A stretch of DNA of 64,000 nt from Spirochaetia bacterium (GTDB taxonomy: Bacteria; Spirochaetota; Spirochaetia; SZUA-6; Bin103). Positions 41,476 through 51,676 of the stretch are shown here, one piece after another. A program made the position numbers and the translations under genes. Each line of letters opens with the position of its first letter. Position 1 is the first letter of the stretch. The stretch covers positions 32,001-96,000 of the forward strand of contig CBDAOI010000002.1 of the NCBI GenBank assembly GCA_965198005.1, written 5' to 3'. The notes below the pieces were generated by a model that saw only the letters and a program-made list of their open reading frames with translations, was not told where the DNA came from and made no database searches.

Positions 41476-43107
41476 CTAGTTCAACTCGGACTTGAGCTGA
41501 CTATCGATCCACGACCGAGCCAATAGCCCTCCCCAGCCGCAGTTGCCAATCTGCAACTCGCCGTTGAGGCCGACGATCCACGGCTGCGCAACGTTGAACG
41601 TTCCAACCCGCACACCCCAGATGTAGGGGTGCTGCTCGATCACCCACATGTCGAGCTCCTTCGCCAGCCGTATGGCTGCGTCCTGGTCGGTCATCGCCTG
41701 GTACTCCGCGTACCTGGTGGCGTCGTCGAGCACATTCAGCTCGACCTCCACCCCGATCTCCTTCCAGTAACCGACTTGCAGCTCATGGTAGCCGACGTCG
41801 GATCGTTGCGCGCTTTGCCACATCGAGGTCCGGAAGCGGACGCCATCCGCCCCGCGTGGGTAGCCGGCCTCGTCGAGGAGTCGCTCGGCACCTTCCGGGT
41901 CGTAGACCCAGTGCTGCTTGATCTCTTCGGGCCAAGTATCGAAGGAGTTATAGGAGCCCCACGACGGCCCGGTGGGGCCCATTGGCTCCCAGGTTCCGAA
42001 GCCCGAGAAGTAGGTGTCCCTGATGGTCTCGTTGTCGATCGCCATCTGCAGTGCGTGGCGCACCCGTATGTCGGTGAGAGGCCCCTCCTCTGTCAACTTG
42101 ATGGCCGACGCCGTGTCGTTTCGGAACGCGATCGGCCAGGCCTGCATGCCGGGGTTGCTTTTCCGGAGGTCCTGCACGCTTTGGGGCGAAGCGATCTGCG
42201 CAACACCCGGCGACCCGCTGAAATCGACCTGACCCGAGCGCAGCGCCGCAAGCTTGGTCGCCTCGTCGCCCATCGTCAGCGCCACGATCCTGTCGACATA
42301 GGGCAGCCGGTTCCCGGGGAATTTCTCGTCGTCCTTCCAGTAGTTGGGGTTCCTGTCATACGTGATCGAGCTGCCGAGGTCGGCCTCGACCATGGTGAAG
42401 GGCCCGGTGCCGATCAACTTGTTGGGGTCGTCGAGCGTGTCTAACGTCTCCGGTGCAAATACCCGGATGTGGCAGTCGTCGAACAGCTGTCGATACGTGT
42501 CCGCGTGCGGCCGCGAAAGCTTGATCACGAACGTCAGCTCGTCGGTAGCCGTTACCGACTCGACGGGGATCGACTTGGTTCCCCAGGTGTGCGGCGCGGG
42601 CTCCTGGCCGGCAAACCTGCCGATGCCAAACAGGCGCTCGTAGTTCCAGGCCACGTCGTCGGCAGTCAGCTGGCGGCCGTTCACCGGCGGCTTGTCGTGA
42701 AAGAAGACGTTATCGTGGAGCTTATAGATGTAGGTCAACGGATCCGGGTTCTCCCAGCTCTCTGCCAGGTGGCCGGTCACGACGCTCTCGGGAAAGAAGG
42801 TTGTGAACGCGAGGATACTGCGGTCGGTAGCCCAGTCCGCCTGGCCCAGCTTGTCCGTCACCGGTGCCGAGATTAGCCCCGCCGCGTGGGTGACCCAGCT
42901 GTCGCCATGCGTCTCCGGGCGCTTATTCATCACGTACGTGAGGGTCCCGCCGTATTCCGGCGCGACAACCTGCTTGCCGGTGGACGGATCGGTCACGTAC
43001 TCCTTCTCGGCCGCCGCGGCCGAGTCGTCATCGCTGTCGCCGCTGGCGAACGTAACGGTAGCCACCAGCGCGAACGCCAGTGCCAAAGAAATAAATCGAA
43101 GAGCCAT
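41476..43107 (-). CDS. Family-5 binding protein with short C-terminal in-frame deletion
   Basis: Same N-terminus as the 30026 gene; DDATRY joined to AEYQAM, shorter than paralogues. Confidence 0.85.
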   Translation of the reverse strand: MALRFISLALAFALVATVTFASGDSDDDSAAAAEKEYVTDPSTGKQVVAPEYGGTLTYVMNKRPETHGDSWVTHAAGLISAPVTDKLGQADWATDRSILAFTTFFPESVVTGHLAESWENPDPLTYIYKLHDNVFFHDKPPVNGRQLTADDVAWNYERLFGIGRFAGQEPAPHTWGTKSIPVESVTATDELTFVIKLSRPHADTYRQLFDDCHIRVFAPETLDTLDDPNKLIGTGPFTMVEADLGSSITYDRNPNYWKDDEKFPGNRLPYVDRIVALTMGDEATKLAALRSGQVDFSGSPGVAQIASPQSVQDLRKSNPGMQAWPIAFRNDTASAIKLTEEGPLTDIRVRHALQMAIDNETIRDTYFSGFGTWEPMGPTGPSWGSYNSFDTWPEEIKQHWVYDPEGAERLLDEAGYPRGADGVRFRTSMWQSAQRSDVGYHELQVGYWKEIGVEVELNVLDDATRYAEYQAMTDQDAAIRLAKELDMWVIEQHPYIWGVRVGTFNVAQPWIVGLNGELQIGNCGWGGLLARSWIDSQLKSELN

Positions 43108-43409
43108 AGTGCTCCCCCTTGTTTCGGGATCTCGGGTCTGCGACCCGTAGCCCGGGGTTTTTTGCTTGCGCCGGTAACACCGGCTTCCTTGCATGATGGT
43201 GGTGGTGTCGCCCCACGGCGTGCAGCGGCCGGCGCCGAGCCGGCGGCCGCGTGGGAGTGAGGGACGTTGGGTGTGGACGTCTACGGGAGCCGCCGCGCTG
43301 TCGACGCCAGCGGCGGCGAAGGAATCAAGGGCGCGGCCAAGCGCGCCGTCAGGGCTTTCTAGTAGGCTGCTTGCAAATCTTGGGGGGGGGTAGGATGCAC
43401 CGGCTGCGC

Positions 43410-43866
43410 CACCGCCAGCCGGTTACTGCGCTGACTGTCGTCGTGGCACTTCATCGGCATCCGTCGTCCCAGACGAGGCAAGCTTGCTGTGGACGCGGCC
43501 ACTCTGTCAACAACTCGGACGTCACCGAACATCACCGGCCACCGGCCACTGTGCTGACTGTCGTCATGGCGCTTCATCATCGATCCGTCGAACCCCAGAC
43601 GAGGCAAGCTTGCTATGGACGCGGTCACCCTGTCAACGACTCGGGGGTCACCGGGGTCACCGAACGTCACCGCCAACCGGTCACCGCGCTGACTGTCATC
43701 ATGGCGCTTCATCGGCATCCGTCGAAACCCCAAGCGACGCACGCTAGCATAGGCGCGGCGCGCCTGTCAACGACTCGGAGGTGACCGACAGTCACCGCCG
43801 ACCGGCCACTGCGCTGACTGTCGTCATGGCGCTTCATCACCGATCCGTCGAACCCCAAGCGAGGCA
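43410..43866. repeat. Tandem array of ~3.6 diverged 123-135-bp units
   Basis: Units start at 43410, 43533, 43668, 43793; core GCTGACTGTCRTCRTGGCRCTTCATC...ATCCGTCG. Confidence 0.88.
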
Positions 43867-44179
43867 CGGATACCCCGTTAAACGAAATAAATCAAGTAAT
43901 CAGCCGCCGTAGCTTGGCGTCCCCGTAGGAGCTTCGCCACCGCCACGCCGACCGGTTGGTGTTCGAGCACCTCCCCATCGTCCCAGGCGGTGCTCGCTTA
44001 CAAATAGCGACAACGCGCGCGGGTGGCCGTCCACCCCTCCCACCGACGTTGGACCAGGTCGGTCGCAGACGTTTTTCGCTCGATCACCCCGGCGCCAGCA
44101 GTCGTGGCGTGTCACGAGACTGCCATGGATTGGCGCTATCCTGGTCAGAGGGGGGTGCATGGTTACCCTGCGGGCCGTA

Positions 44180-45112
44180 TTAAACCGACCTGGCGGCATC
44201 GGCACCGAGGCGACTGCCACTGCCGCGCAGCCGCGGGTCGAGCAGATCGCGCACCGCGTCGCCGAACATGTTCAGACAAAAAACGACAATCGTCAGGCAA
44301 AGACCGGGCCAGAGAGCCAGCCATGGCGCCATCTCCATGAACTGGCGCCCTTCCCGGCTGAGCAGACCTCCCCAGTCAGGAGTCGAGATTGGCAGGCCGA
44401 ATCCCAGGAAGCTCAGAGAAGCCGCAGCCAGGATGTTGCCTCCTATGCTTATCGAGAATATGATGATTATGAGGGGCATAATATTCGGCAGGACATGCTG
44501 GATAAATGTTCTCCATATTGAGGAGCCAATCGCTTCTGCTGCCTGAAAATACACATTCTCTCCAATATCGATAACGGCGCCTCTGACTACTCTTGAGCCG
44601 CCGATGCCTCCGGCTATCCCCAGGACCACTATTATCTGTGGCAAACCCCGCCCCACCAGGGACATTATGGTCAGCAACAGGAGCAGTCCCGGGAAACTCA
44701 TCCAGCCATCAACAAATCTCTGCACAGCCAGGTCAAATACACCACCAAGGAATCCTGATGTGCCGCCTATCAGGACCGCCACCACAACATTAAGAGCGGT
44801 CGCTGACAGACCGACAAGTAACGAAAGACGGGCTCCGTAGAGAAGGCGGCTCAAGGAGTCTCGCCCTAGGTGGTCGGTACCCAGCAGATATTGGGCTGAT
44901 GGGCCCTGCAGCCTGTCTGCCAGGTGTATTTCAAGAAAGCCATAAGGGGCCAGAACATTGGCAAAGATAGCGACAAGAAACAATATCAATATGATAATCC
45001 CGCTGAAGGTACCCACTGGCTTCTCCCTCCACAGCCTGGTAAAGAAATCAGCCAGCCAGGTTCGTCTCTTTGGCTCACTTGCTGGTGGTGGTATCCCTGT
45101 GGCGTCACTCAT
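44180..45112 (-). CDS. DppC/OppC-like ABC permease
   Basis: 310 aa with full motif set. Confidence 0.92.
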   Translation of the reverse strand: MSDATGIPPPASEPKRRTWLADFFTRLWREKPVGTFSGIIILILFLVAIFANVLAPYGFLEIHLADRLQGPSAQYLLGTDHLGRDSLSRLLYGARLSLLVGLSATALNVVVAVLIGGTSGFLGGVFDLAVQRFVDGWMSFPGLLLLLTIMSLVGRGLPQIIVVLGIAGGIGGSRVVRGAVIDIGENVYFQAAEAIGSSIWRTFIQHVLPNIMPLIIIIFSISIGGNILAAASLSFLGFGLPISTPDWGGLLSREGRQFMEMAPWLALWPGLCLTIVVFCLNMFGDAVRDLLDPRLRGSGSRLGADAARSV

Positions 45113-45130
45113 ACTCGTGATTTCCCCCCT

Positions 45131-46135
45131 TTATCTATAACGGACCCTGGGGTCTAAATAAGGATAGATCAGGTCGATCATTAGATTGGCCCCCATAACC
45201 GCGGCGCCGAAAACCAGGTTTACTCCGGAGACCACCGGGTAGTCTCTGTCATCGAGGGCAGTCACCATGAGACGACCTAACCCGGGCAGGTTGAAGATGT
45301 TCTCCATGATAACGGAGCCGCCTACGAGGAGAGGCAACTGCATGCCTACCAGGGTAACTACCGGGATGAGGGCATTTTTTATGGCGTGTCTCATAACAAC
45401 CACCCTCTCCTTGAGACCCTTGGACCAGGCTGTCCTGACATAGTCCTGCCGGAGCACCTCCAGCATCGTGGTGCGCGTCATCCGCATTGTGGCTGCGGAC
45501 ATGGCTGTCCCCAGAATCAGGCTGGGAATGATTAGAATCCCGAGATTCCCCAGCGGGTCTTCCGTGAAAGGAACCAGCTCCATCGGTGGCGACCAGCCCC
45601 ACCAGATTGCCGGGAATATCATGACCATCAGTGCCAGCCAGAAGTTAGGCACTGACATGCCGATGATGGCCGCGGTGCGCCCCACGTAGTCCTCGGCCGT
45701 ATCCTGGCGAATCGCCGAGTAGATGCCGACTGGCAGGGCTATCAAGAGCCCGATGATGATTGCTATGACACCAAGCTCGATGGTTACCGGCAAACTATCT
45801 ATTATCCTCTCCTCTATCGTAAAAGCGCCCATCAGTGATTTTCCAAGGGTGCCCTGGAGGAGACCTCTAAAGTGGGACTCACCGGTAACCCAGTCAGGGG
45901 TCGGCAACACTCCTATCCAGCGTCCATACTGCACGTGGACAGGCACGTCCAATCCCAGCATATGTTCAAGAGTTTCACGGTCAACCCTCCCCACGCTTGG
46001 GAACATTTCCATCCTACTCAATATTACGTCTATTACATCGCCGGGGATAAAGTGGACCGAGAAAAAGACCAGGATAGTCAATATCCACAGGGTGGGGATT
46101 ACCAGCAATAACCGCCTGATAAGATAGACTTTCAC
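45131..46135 (-). CDS. DppB/OppB-like ABC permease
   Basis: 334 aa; shares the LPTPD.VTGESHFRGLLQG insert with 782-1789. Confidence 0.92.
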   Translation of the reverse strand: MKVYLIRRLLLVIPTLWILTILVFFSVHFIPGDVIDVILSRMEMFPSVGRVDRETLEHMLGLDVPVHVQYGRWIGVLPTPDWVTGESHFRGLLQGTLGKSLMGAFTIEERIIDSLPVTIELGVIAIIIGLLIALPVGIYSAIRQDTAEDYVGRTAAIIGMSVPNFWLALMVMIFPAIWWGWSPPMELVPFTEDPLGNLGILIIPSLILGTAMSAATMRMTRTTMLEVLRQDYVRTAWSKGLKERVVVMRHAIKNALIPVVTLVGMQLPLLVGGSVIMENIFNLPGLGRLMVTALDDRDYPVVSGVNLVFGAAVMGANLMIDLIYPYLDPRVRYR

Positions 46136-46154
46136 AATGAGAAGTGTGACATGT

Positions 46155-46188
46155 CATTGCGAGCCCCGATTTATCGGGGCTCGCAATG
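46155..46188. terminator. Intergenic palindrome after binding-protein gene
   Basis: CATTGCGAGCCCCGAT-TT-ATCGGGGCTCGCAATG, 16-bp arms. Confidence 0.6.
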
Positions 46189-46209
46189 GCGTTGTCGGCT
46201 GCAAAACCC

Positions 46210-47994
46210 CTAATAACTCATTGCTTCCTTCAGCTCACTATCAATCCAGAGGCGCTCGAGAGGGGGAGTATAGCCGTTGAGGTAGAAATCACCGTTAAAC
46301 CCTATGACCCACGGCTGGGTTCCGCCAAATTGGGGAACTTTAGGACCCCATATGTACCAATGCTGCTCTATGATGTACATATCTGCCTCTGCAACCAGCC
46401 TCTGCTGCTCCTCAACGGTGGTGGCGGCCATGGCGGCTTCAGCCATGGCGTCAAACACAGGGTCCTGGTGTCCAGTGCGGTTGTTGTAATTTCTCGAGTG
46501 AATCCTGTCCATCAGCCCACCGGGGGACCAGTCCACACCGAGATCAATATAGGTCATACCTTCATAAGTACCTTCCCTTACTAGCTGCGAACGAAAAGCC
46601 CCGTCACCTGTATAAATCTCTACATCAACGCCAATCTCAGCCCAGTATTCAACGGCTATTTCTTGATAACCTACATCCCAAGAGGGCAGGTAGAGACGGA
46701 AGGTCTTGAATCTAATGCCATCCGCGCCACGCGGATGCCCAGCCTCATCAAGCAACGCTTCGGCACCTTCCGGGTCGTAGTCAAAGACCTTCTTGACATC
46801 TTCGGACCACTCTTCAAATGGGACGTAATACCCCTTCAGACCATCCCCTATAACCCCCTGAGGCTTCCAACTTGCAAAACCCTGGAAGTAGGTATTGTTG
46901 ATTGTCTCCAGGTCAATTGCCATCTGCATTGCCTTGCGCACCCTGATGTCGAGAAAGGGCGACGGGTGGCGCAGGTTAAAAGCACTAGGGGTCTCCGACC
47001 GAAACGCAGACGGCCATAGCACGATTTCGGGGTTGGTACGCTGGAGACTCGCTGCCTGGTCGAGAGACCGTAATTGAGTGCTGTCGGGACCTATGTAATC
47101 AATCTTACCCGAGCGCAATGCCGCCAGACGTGTTGCTACCTCTGGCATAATCAGCCGCCTTAACTGGTCAATATAGGGCAAGCGGTTCTCCGGGTACTTT
47201 TCGTCGTAGCCCCAGTAGTCAGGATTCCTGGTATAGGTCAGAGAGGTGCCCTTGACCCAGTCAGTCAGCATATAGGGCCCGGTGCCGACTATGGTCCTCC
47301 AATCCTCAGCGTTGCCGTGTTCCTCGATTACCTCGGGGGGCAATGTGACAGCGGCGCGGTTCAAGAGCATAATAAGCGGCGTATCTATGCGTGGCTCCTT
47401 CAGCTTCACAACAACCGTATATTTGTCGGTTGCCGTTATCGATTCGAATGGTATGGAGGCGATTGCGCCAGTAACGGGGCCTGGTCCGACTTCGCTGAAC
47501 TGGCCCAGACCCGCATTACGTTCAAAGTTATATGCGACATCCTCGCCAGTTAGCTCCCGACCGTTCATCGGTGGCTTATCGTGCCAGTGAACGCCCTGAC
47601 GGATGCGGAAGATATAGGTTGTGTCGTCGGTCATTTCCCAGCTTTCCGCCAGCTTCCCTGTTACGACATGTAGAGGCATGTAAGGGTCTGTAAAGCCATA
47701 TTCGTCCCTATCTATTGCCCAGTTCCCCATGCCTAGCCTCTCTACAACGTCCTCAATGGCCCTTGGCGACCCGGACCAGGGGTCAGCATGCGGAGGCTCG
47801 ACCCCATCGCTGTAGGTCAATGTGCCGCCGTACTCTGGCGCCACCACCACCTTCCCGGTCGTGGGGTCGGTCACGTACTTCTTGTCGGCGGCGGCTGCCG
47901 GCTCCTCTTCTGCGCCGCTGGCCCAGAGGCCGGTTGCGGTCAGAATCACGACCAACGCAACCGCGAAGGTCATTCTGATTTTTACAATGTTCAT
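46210..47994 (-). CDS. Family-5 ABC substrate-binding protein
   Basis: 594 aa, LWASG signal, complete motif set. Confidence 0.92.
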   Translation of the reverse strand: MNIVKIRMTFAVALVVILTATGLWASGAEEEPAAAADKKYVTDPTTGKVVVAPEYGGTLTYSDGVEPPHADPWSGSPRAIEDVVERLGMGNWAIDRDEYGFTDPYMPLHVVTGKLAESWEMTDDTTYIFRIRQGVHWHDKPPMNGRELTGEDVAYNFERNAGLGQFSEVGPGPVTGAIASIPFESITATDKYTVVVKLKEPRIDTPLIMLLNRAAVTLPPEVIEEHGNAEDWRTIVGTGPYMLTDWVKGTSLTYTRNPDYWGYDEKYPENRLPYIDQLRRLIMPEVATRLAALRSGKIDYIGPDSTQLRSLDQAASLQRTNPEIVLWPSAFRSETPSAFNLRHPSPFLDIRVRKAMQMAIDLETINNTYFQGFASWKPQGVIGDGLKGYYVPFEEWSEDVKKVFDYDPEGAEALLDEAGHPRGADGIRFKTFRLYLPSWDVGYQEIAVEYWAEIGVDVEIYTGDGAFRSQLVREGTYEGMTYIDLGVDWSPGGLMDRIHSRNYNNRTGHQDPVFDAMAEAAMAATTVEEQQRLVAEADMYIIEQHWYIWGPKVPQFGGTQPWVIGFNGDFYLNGYTPPLERLWIDSELKEAMSY

Positions 47995-48155
47995 AGTAGC
48001 TCCCTATGTAGATGTTTCGAGAGTATTGCGTAGCGGATTGCCGCTCCCTGGCTACTCTGACGCCCGCAACCGCGGGCGCGCCCGCAAACGCGGACGGCCA
48101 GTCTGAGTCAAATTCCTGAAGCGCGCGGCGTGTGACTCACCGGGTTCACCCGGGC

Positions 48156-48191
48156 TCACGCCGCGCGCGCGTGCGGTTCTTTCAGTATCAT
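48156..48191 (-). CDS. Putative leader peptide MILKEPHARAA
   Basis: AAGGAGGTG RBS; 3' end lies in a 12-bp inverted repeat GCGCGCGGCGTG...CACGCCGCGCGC. Confidence 0.5.
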   Translation of the reverse strand: MILKEPHARAA

Positions 48192-49599
48192 CTTCACCTC
48201 CTTCTTGGGGCACAGGGTGCCCTGCCAGATGGCTGACATAAGATGGGATCCGCGTGCGCGGCCCATCATGCGAACGCCCACCGCTCGGCGGACGTCGGGA
48301 CCTGCGTCACAACGCCACGCGGGGCGGTGGTCGGCCGAGCAACGAATGTGGTTGACCGGCGACGTCGGCGGTCGGTTCTGTGACGGTGAGTTGGGGGGCG
48401 GGGATCCCGGACCGTTGCGGTCGTAGCCGGCCGCTACCCCGGTGCTGAGGGCGACGGCGTGCGCGGGGGCACGTACGGGGCGATCAGCCGGAGCGGCTAG
48501 TTGTTTCTCGGTTCGAAAAAGTGTGTGTGTGTGGGGGGGGGGGGGGGACTCCTCACCATTAAGCAAGCGCGCCGCGAGCTGATTTTCAGCAAATCTCGGC
48601 GAGCGGCTGTCAGGGGAACAGAGTGTCATAAGCGTTGACGTGTTATAGGTCACTCAAGCCCTCCGCAGGTGAGGCACAGCTATACCCAGACCCAGATGTA
48701 GTCGCGATGTCGCGATTGACTGCATCCCACCCTATCATAACCTCCGCCCCCGAGGACATCAACCACGAATCGGCCCAGCAATTCTCGGTGAACGGCAGTC
48801 GATGGCCTGAAGAGACAGTCTGGGGGGCCCCCCATTTGTCAACCCCCGCCGCGAAAGGATTCCGGGGGGGCAAGGGTAGGACGCGCCGGTTGCGTTGCCC
48901 CTAACCGGTGGCAGCGCTGAGTAGTGTTTTCAGCCATCTTTTGCATCCGTGAAACCTGAGCCGTTTACTCTGCCACCCCTGCGGCAAACACGTCAACAGG
49001 AAAAACTGGCGAATTGAAGGTTTCTTGAGATTTCGTTCGGGCAGCCGCGGCAGCCGAGAGCCCCTCGCGGCGCCGACTCGGGCGCATCGCCCCTCCGGAG
49101 CCGTCATTCGCCGGCGATGTGGTCGTCCGCAGGCCGTTCACCGTCCACGTCGGCCTCACAGCGGCCCGCTGAGGGCCTTCCAGCCCCTCGGGGGTAAGCC
49201 TGGGGTACCCCCTGCAACACCCGTCAACGCCGATTCCCGGCACCGCTGGCTCCGTATTGACCGCGCCGCCACCGCCCGCAGCCCAGCCTGGTCGGGTCGC
49301 AGCCACCTCCAGGACCAGCTACTAGCGACGGCAGACCTCCTCGAGCGTCAAGCCGCCGCTCCGTCAGTCGGCGCGCGCGGGGGGAATGGGCCGTTGCTGC
49401 GGCCGTCGCGGCGCTCCGGAGGTGCAACCGCGAGCCGCTCGCCGGTTGAGTTCGAGGCTGCTCGGACAGGAGCGGCAGCACGAGCGCCGCCGCGGCGACG
49501 ATCTCGGCACTCGGACCCGTTCAGGGCCGGCATTCACCGCCGATTGGCCGGCAGCGGGCCGCTCGGCGTCCGAGTCGGCCTCATAGCGGCCCCCTGACG

Positions 49600-50375
49600 G
49601 CGTGCGGTCACGCAGCATCGCGCACGCCACCGCGAGCAACCGGTCCGCGACCGTACGCAGCGCCCGGCCATGGCGCTGCCCGCGCGCGCGCAGCGCCGCA
49701 TACCGCTCCCGACTCACCGGATCGTGCTGGATCGCCACCCGCGCCCAGTGATACATCGCGTTGCTCAGCCGCTGGTTGCAGGCACGGCGCATGCTCACCT
49801 GGCAACTCTTCCCCGACCGGCGCGACTCCGGTCAGAATCCGCAAACTGCGGTAGTCTCGCTCAGCCAGCAACTGTGAGGCCTCCGCGAACAGCGTGGCGA
49901 GCACGATCCGACCAACACCGGGCATCGAACGCAGGATGACGGCGTCACGCTGCTCTTCTGGTTCACCCGAGTCGTCGTCGGCCACAATCTCGGCCACGAA
50001 TGCTCGGCCAGCAGTTCGCTCGAGCGCTGCTGCCGCAGGATGCGCAGCACACTGACAGCATCATGGCGCCGGATGCGGTTGCGCTTCAGGATGGCCGCGA
50101 CCGACGCCTTCCGGACCCGCGCTGCCTCCGCCGGCGTCGAAGCCTTCTCCCACAACTCCAGAACCCAGCCCGCGCCGAGATCACCGCCCAGCTCCAGCAT
50201 CTCCGGGTAGTAGCGGCGCAGTTGCTCGCGCATGCGATTGATCAGCCCGTTGCGTTCCTCCTGCAACTCGGCAGTCAGGCGCGACCATTCCCGCAACTCG
50301 ATCACCGGCGGTGCCTGCACCTGCAACTGACGAAAGCTGCGGCGGTCGGTGCGCAGCGAGTCTGCCAACACTCCG
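49600..50375 (-). mobile_element. IS110-family transposase remnant (three frames, N-terminus lost)
   Basis: VLADSLRTD...INRMREQLRRYYP; LRSMPGVGRIVLATLFAE; MRRACNQRL...ALRTVADRLL. Confidence 0.78.
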
Positions 50376-50505
50376 AAGTTGAGACGCGCTATGCATACGT
50401 GTGGCGCCGATTGACTGCACGTCCCCGCTATAACCGCGTTTCCCGTCGAGGTCAAACAAAAAGGCCCGGATGGCGAAATTGTTGATATACGTTACGTTGG
50501 TCGAC

Positions 50506-51675
50506 ATGAAGACAACGGAGCAACGCCTGTTCACTCCCGGCGACGGCGCCACGCCGCCGGCCCTCACCGGACGCGAGCGGGAGGAGGCGGTGCTGACGCG
50601 GTGCCTGGGGGACCTGCTCGGCGGCAGGGCTCCGCCGCACAACGTCGCCCTGACGGGGCCGCGCGGCACCGGCAAGACGGTGCTGCTCAATTGGTTCAAG
50701 CGCGCCTGCCGCGAGCGCGAGCCGGAAGTGGACGTGGTGAACCTGACCCCGGCCGACATCCCGACCCGCGACGCGCTGATCGAGGTCCTGACGCCGCCGC
50801 CCGGGATCGCGAAGCTGCTGCCCCGGAAATTCGGCGTGGCCGCGGTGGGCTCGGTCGAGTGGGCGCCGCCGTCGGGGGGTGTGGGAAACCTGCGAGCGGA
50901 ATTGACCGCCCGGTGCCGCAAGAGACCGCTTGCGGTCCTGCTCGACGAAGCACACACGCTGGACCCGGAGGTGGGCAGAACGCTGCTCAACGCCAGTCAA
51001 CAGGTGCGCGACGAGGCGCCGTTTCTGCTGGTGTTGGCCGGCACGCCGGGCCTGCCGGCGCATCTCGGCGCCATGAATGCGTCCTTCTGGAGTCGGCTGG
51101 GCGAGGGCCGCCTGGGCATCGGCCTGCTGAGCGCCGCGGCTACCCGAGCCGCCCTGGTGGAGCCGCTCGCCGCCCACGGCGTGCGCATCGACGCCGACGC
51201 CCTCGATGCGGCCGTCGAAGACAGCCAGCGGTATCCGTATTTCGTCCAACTCTGGGGCGAGGCCCTGTGGAAGCGGCGTCTGGTCACCGGCGCGACCCGA
51301 CTGACCGCCGCCCACGCGGCGGCAGCGCAGCCCGACGTGGCCGCCCTGGTCACCGATTACTACGAGGATCGGTATCTCGAGTTGGACCAATCCGGCTGGC
51401 TGGCCGTTGCCGAGCGCGTGGCCGACCGCTTTCAATCCATGCCGACGCTGACCTACGAGCAGTTGAAGGTCGTGGTCGCCTCAGGCCTCGGCGCGCACGC
51501 GGACCCGGGGCAGGTGCAGACGGCCCTGACCGCCCTACAGCGCCTGGGTTTCGCCTGGCGCCCGCCCGGACAGCTTGCGCCGGTTCGCTACGAGCCCGGA
51601 ATTCCCTCGCTGATGGCCTACGTACTCGACCACGCCGCACCGACGCATGGAGAAGCACTTCCCGAGACCCGATAG
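50506..51675 (+). CDS. AAA+ family ATP-binding protein
   Basis: FTPG..PPALTGRE, Walker A GPRGTGKT, Walker B VLLDEAH, YPYFVQLWG; alternative start 50470. Confidence 0.85.
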   Translation: MKTTEQRLFTPGDGATPPALTGREREEAVLTRCLGDLLGGRAPPHNVALTGPRGTGKTVLLNWFKRACREREPEVDVVNLTPADIPTRDALIEVLTPPPGIAKLLPRKFGVAAVGSVEWAPPSGGVGNLRAELTARCRKRPLAVLLDEAHTLDPEVGRTLLNASQQVRDEAPFLLVLAGTPGLPAHLGAMNASFWSRLGEGRLGIGLLSAAATRAALVEPLAAHGVRIDADALDAAVEDSQRYPYFVQLWGEALWKRRLVTGATRLTAAHAAAAQPDVAALVTDYYEDRYLELDQSGWLAVAERVADRFQSMPTLTYEQLKVVVASGLGAHADPGQVQTALTALQRLGFAWRPPGQLAPVRYEPGIPSLMAYVLDHAAPTHGEALPETR

Positions 51676-51676
51676 C

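Noticed and set aside
43410-43866. CRISPR or other repeat-spacer array
   Set aside because: Whole units are homologous; there are no unique spacers
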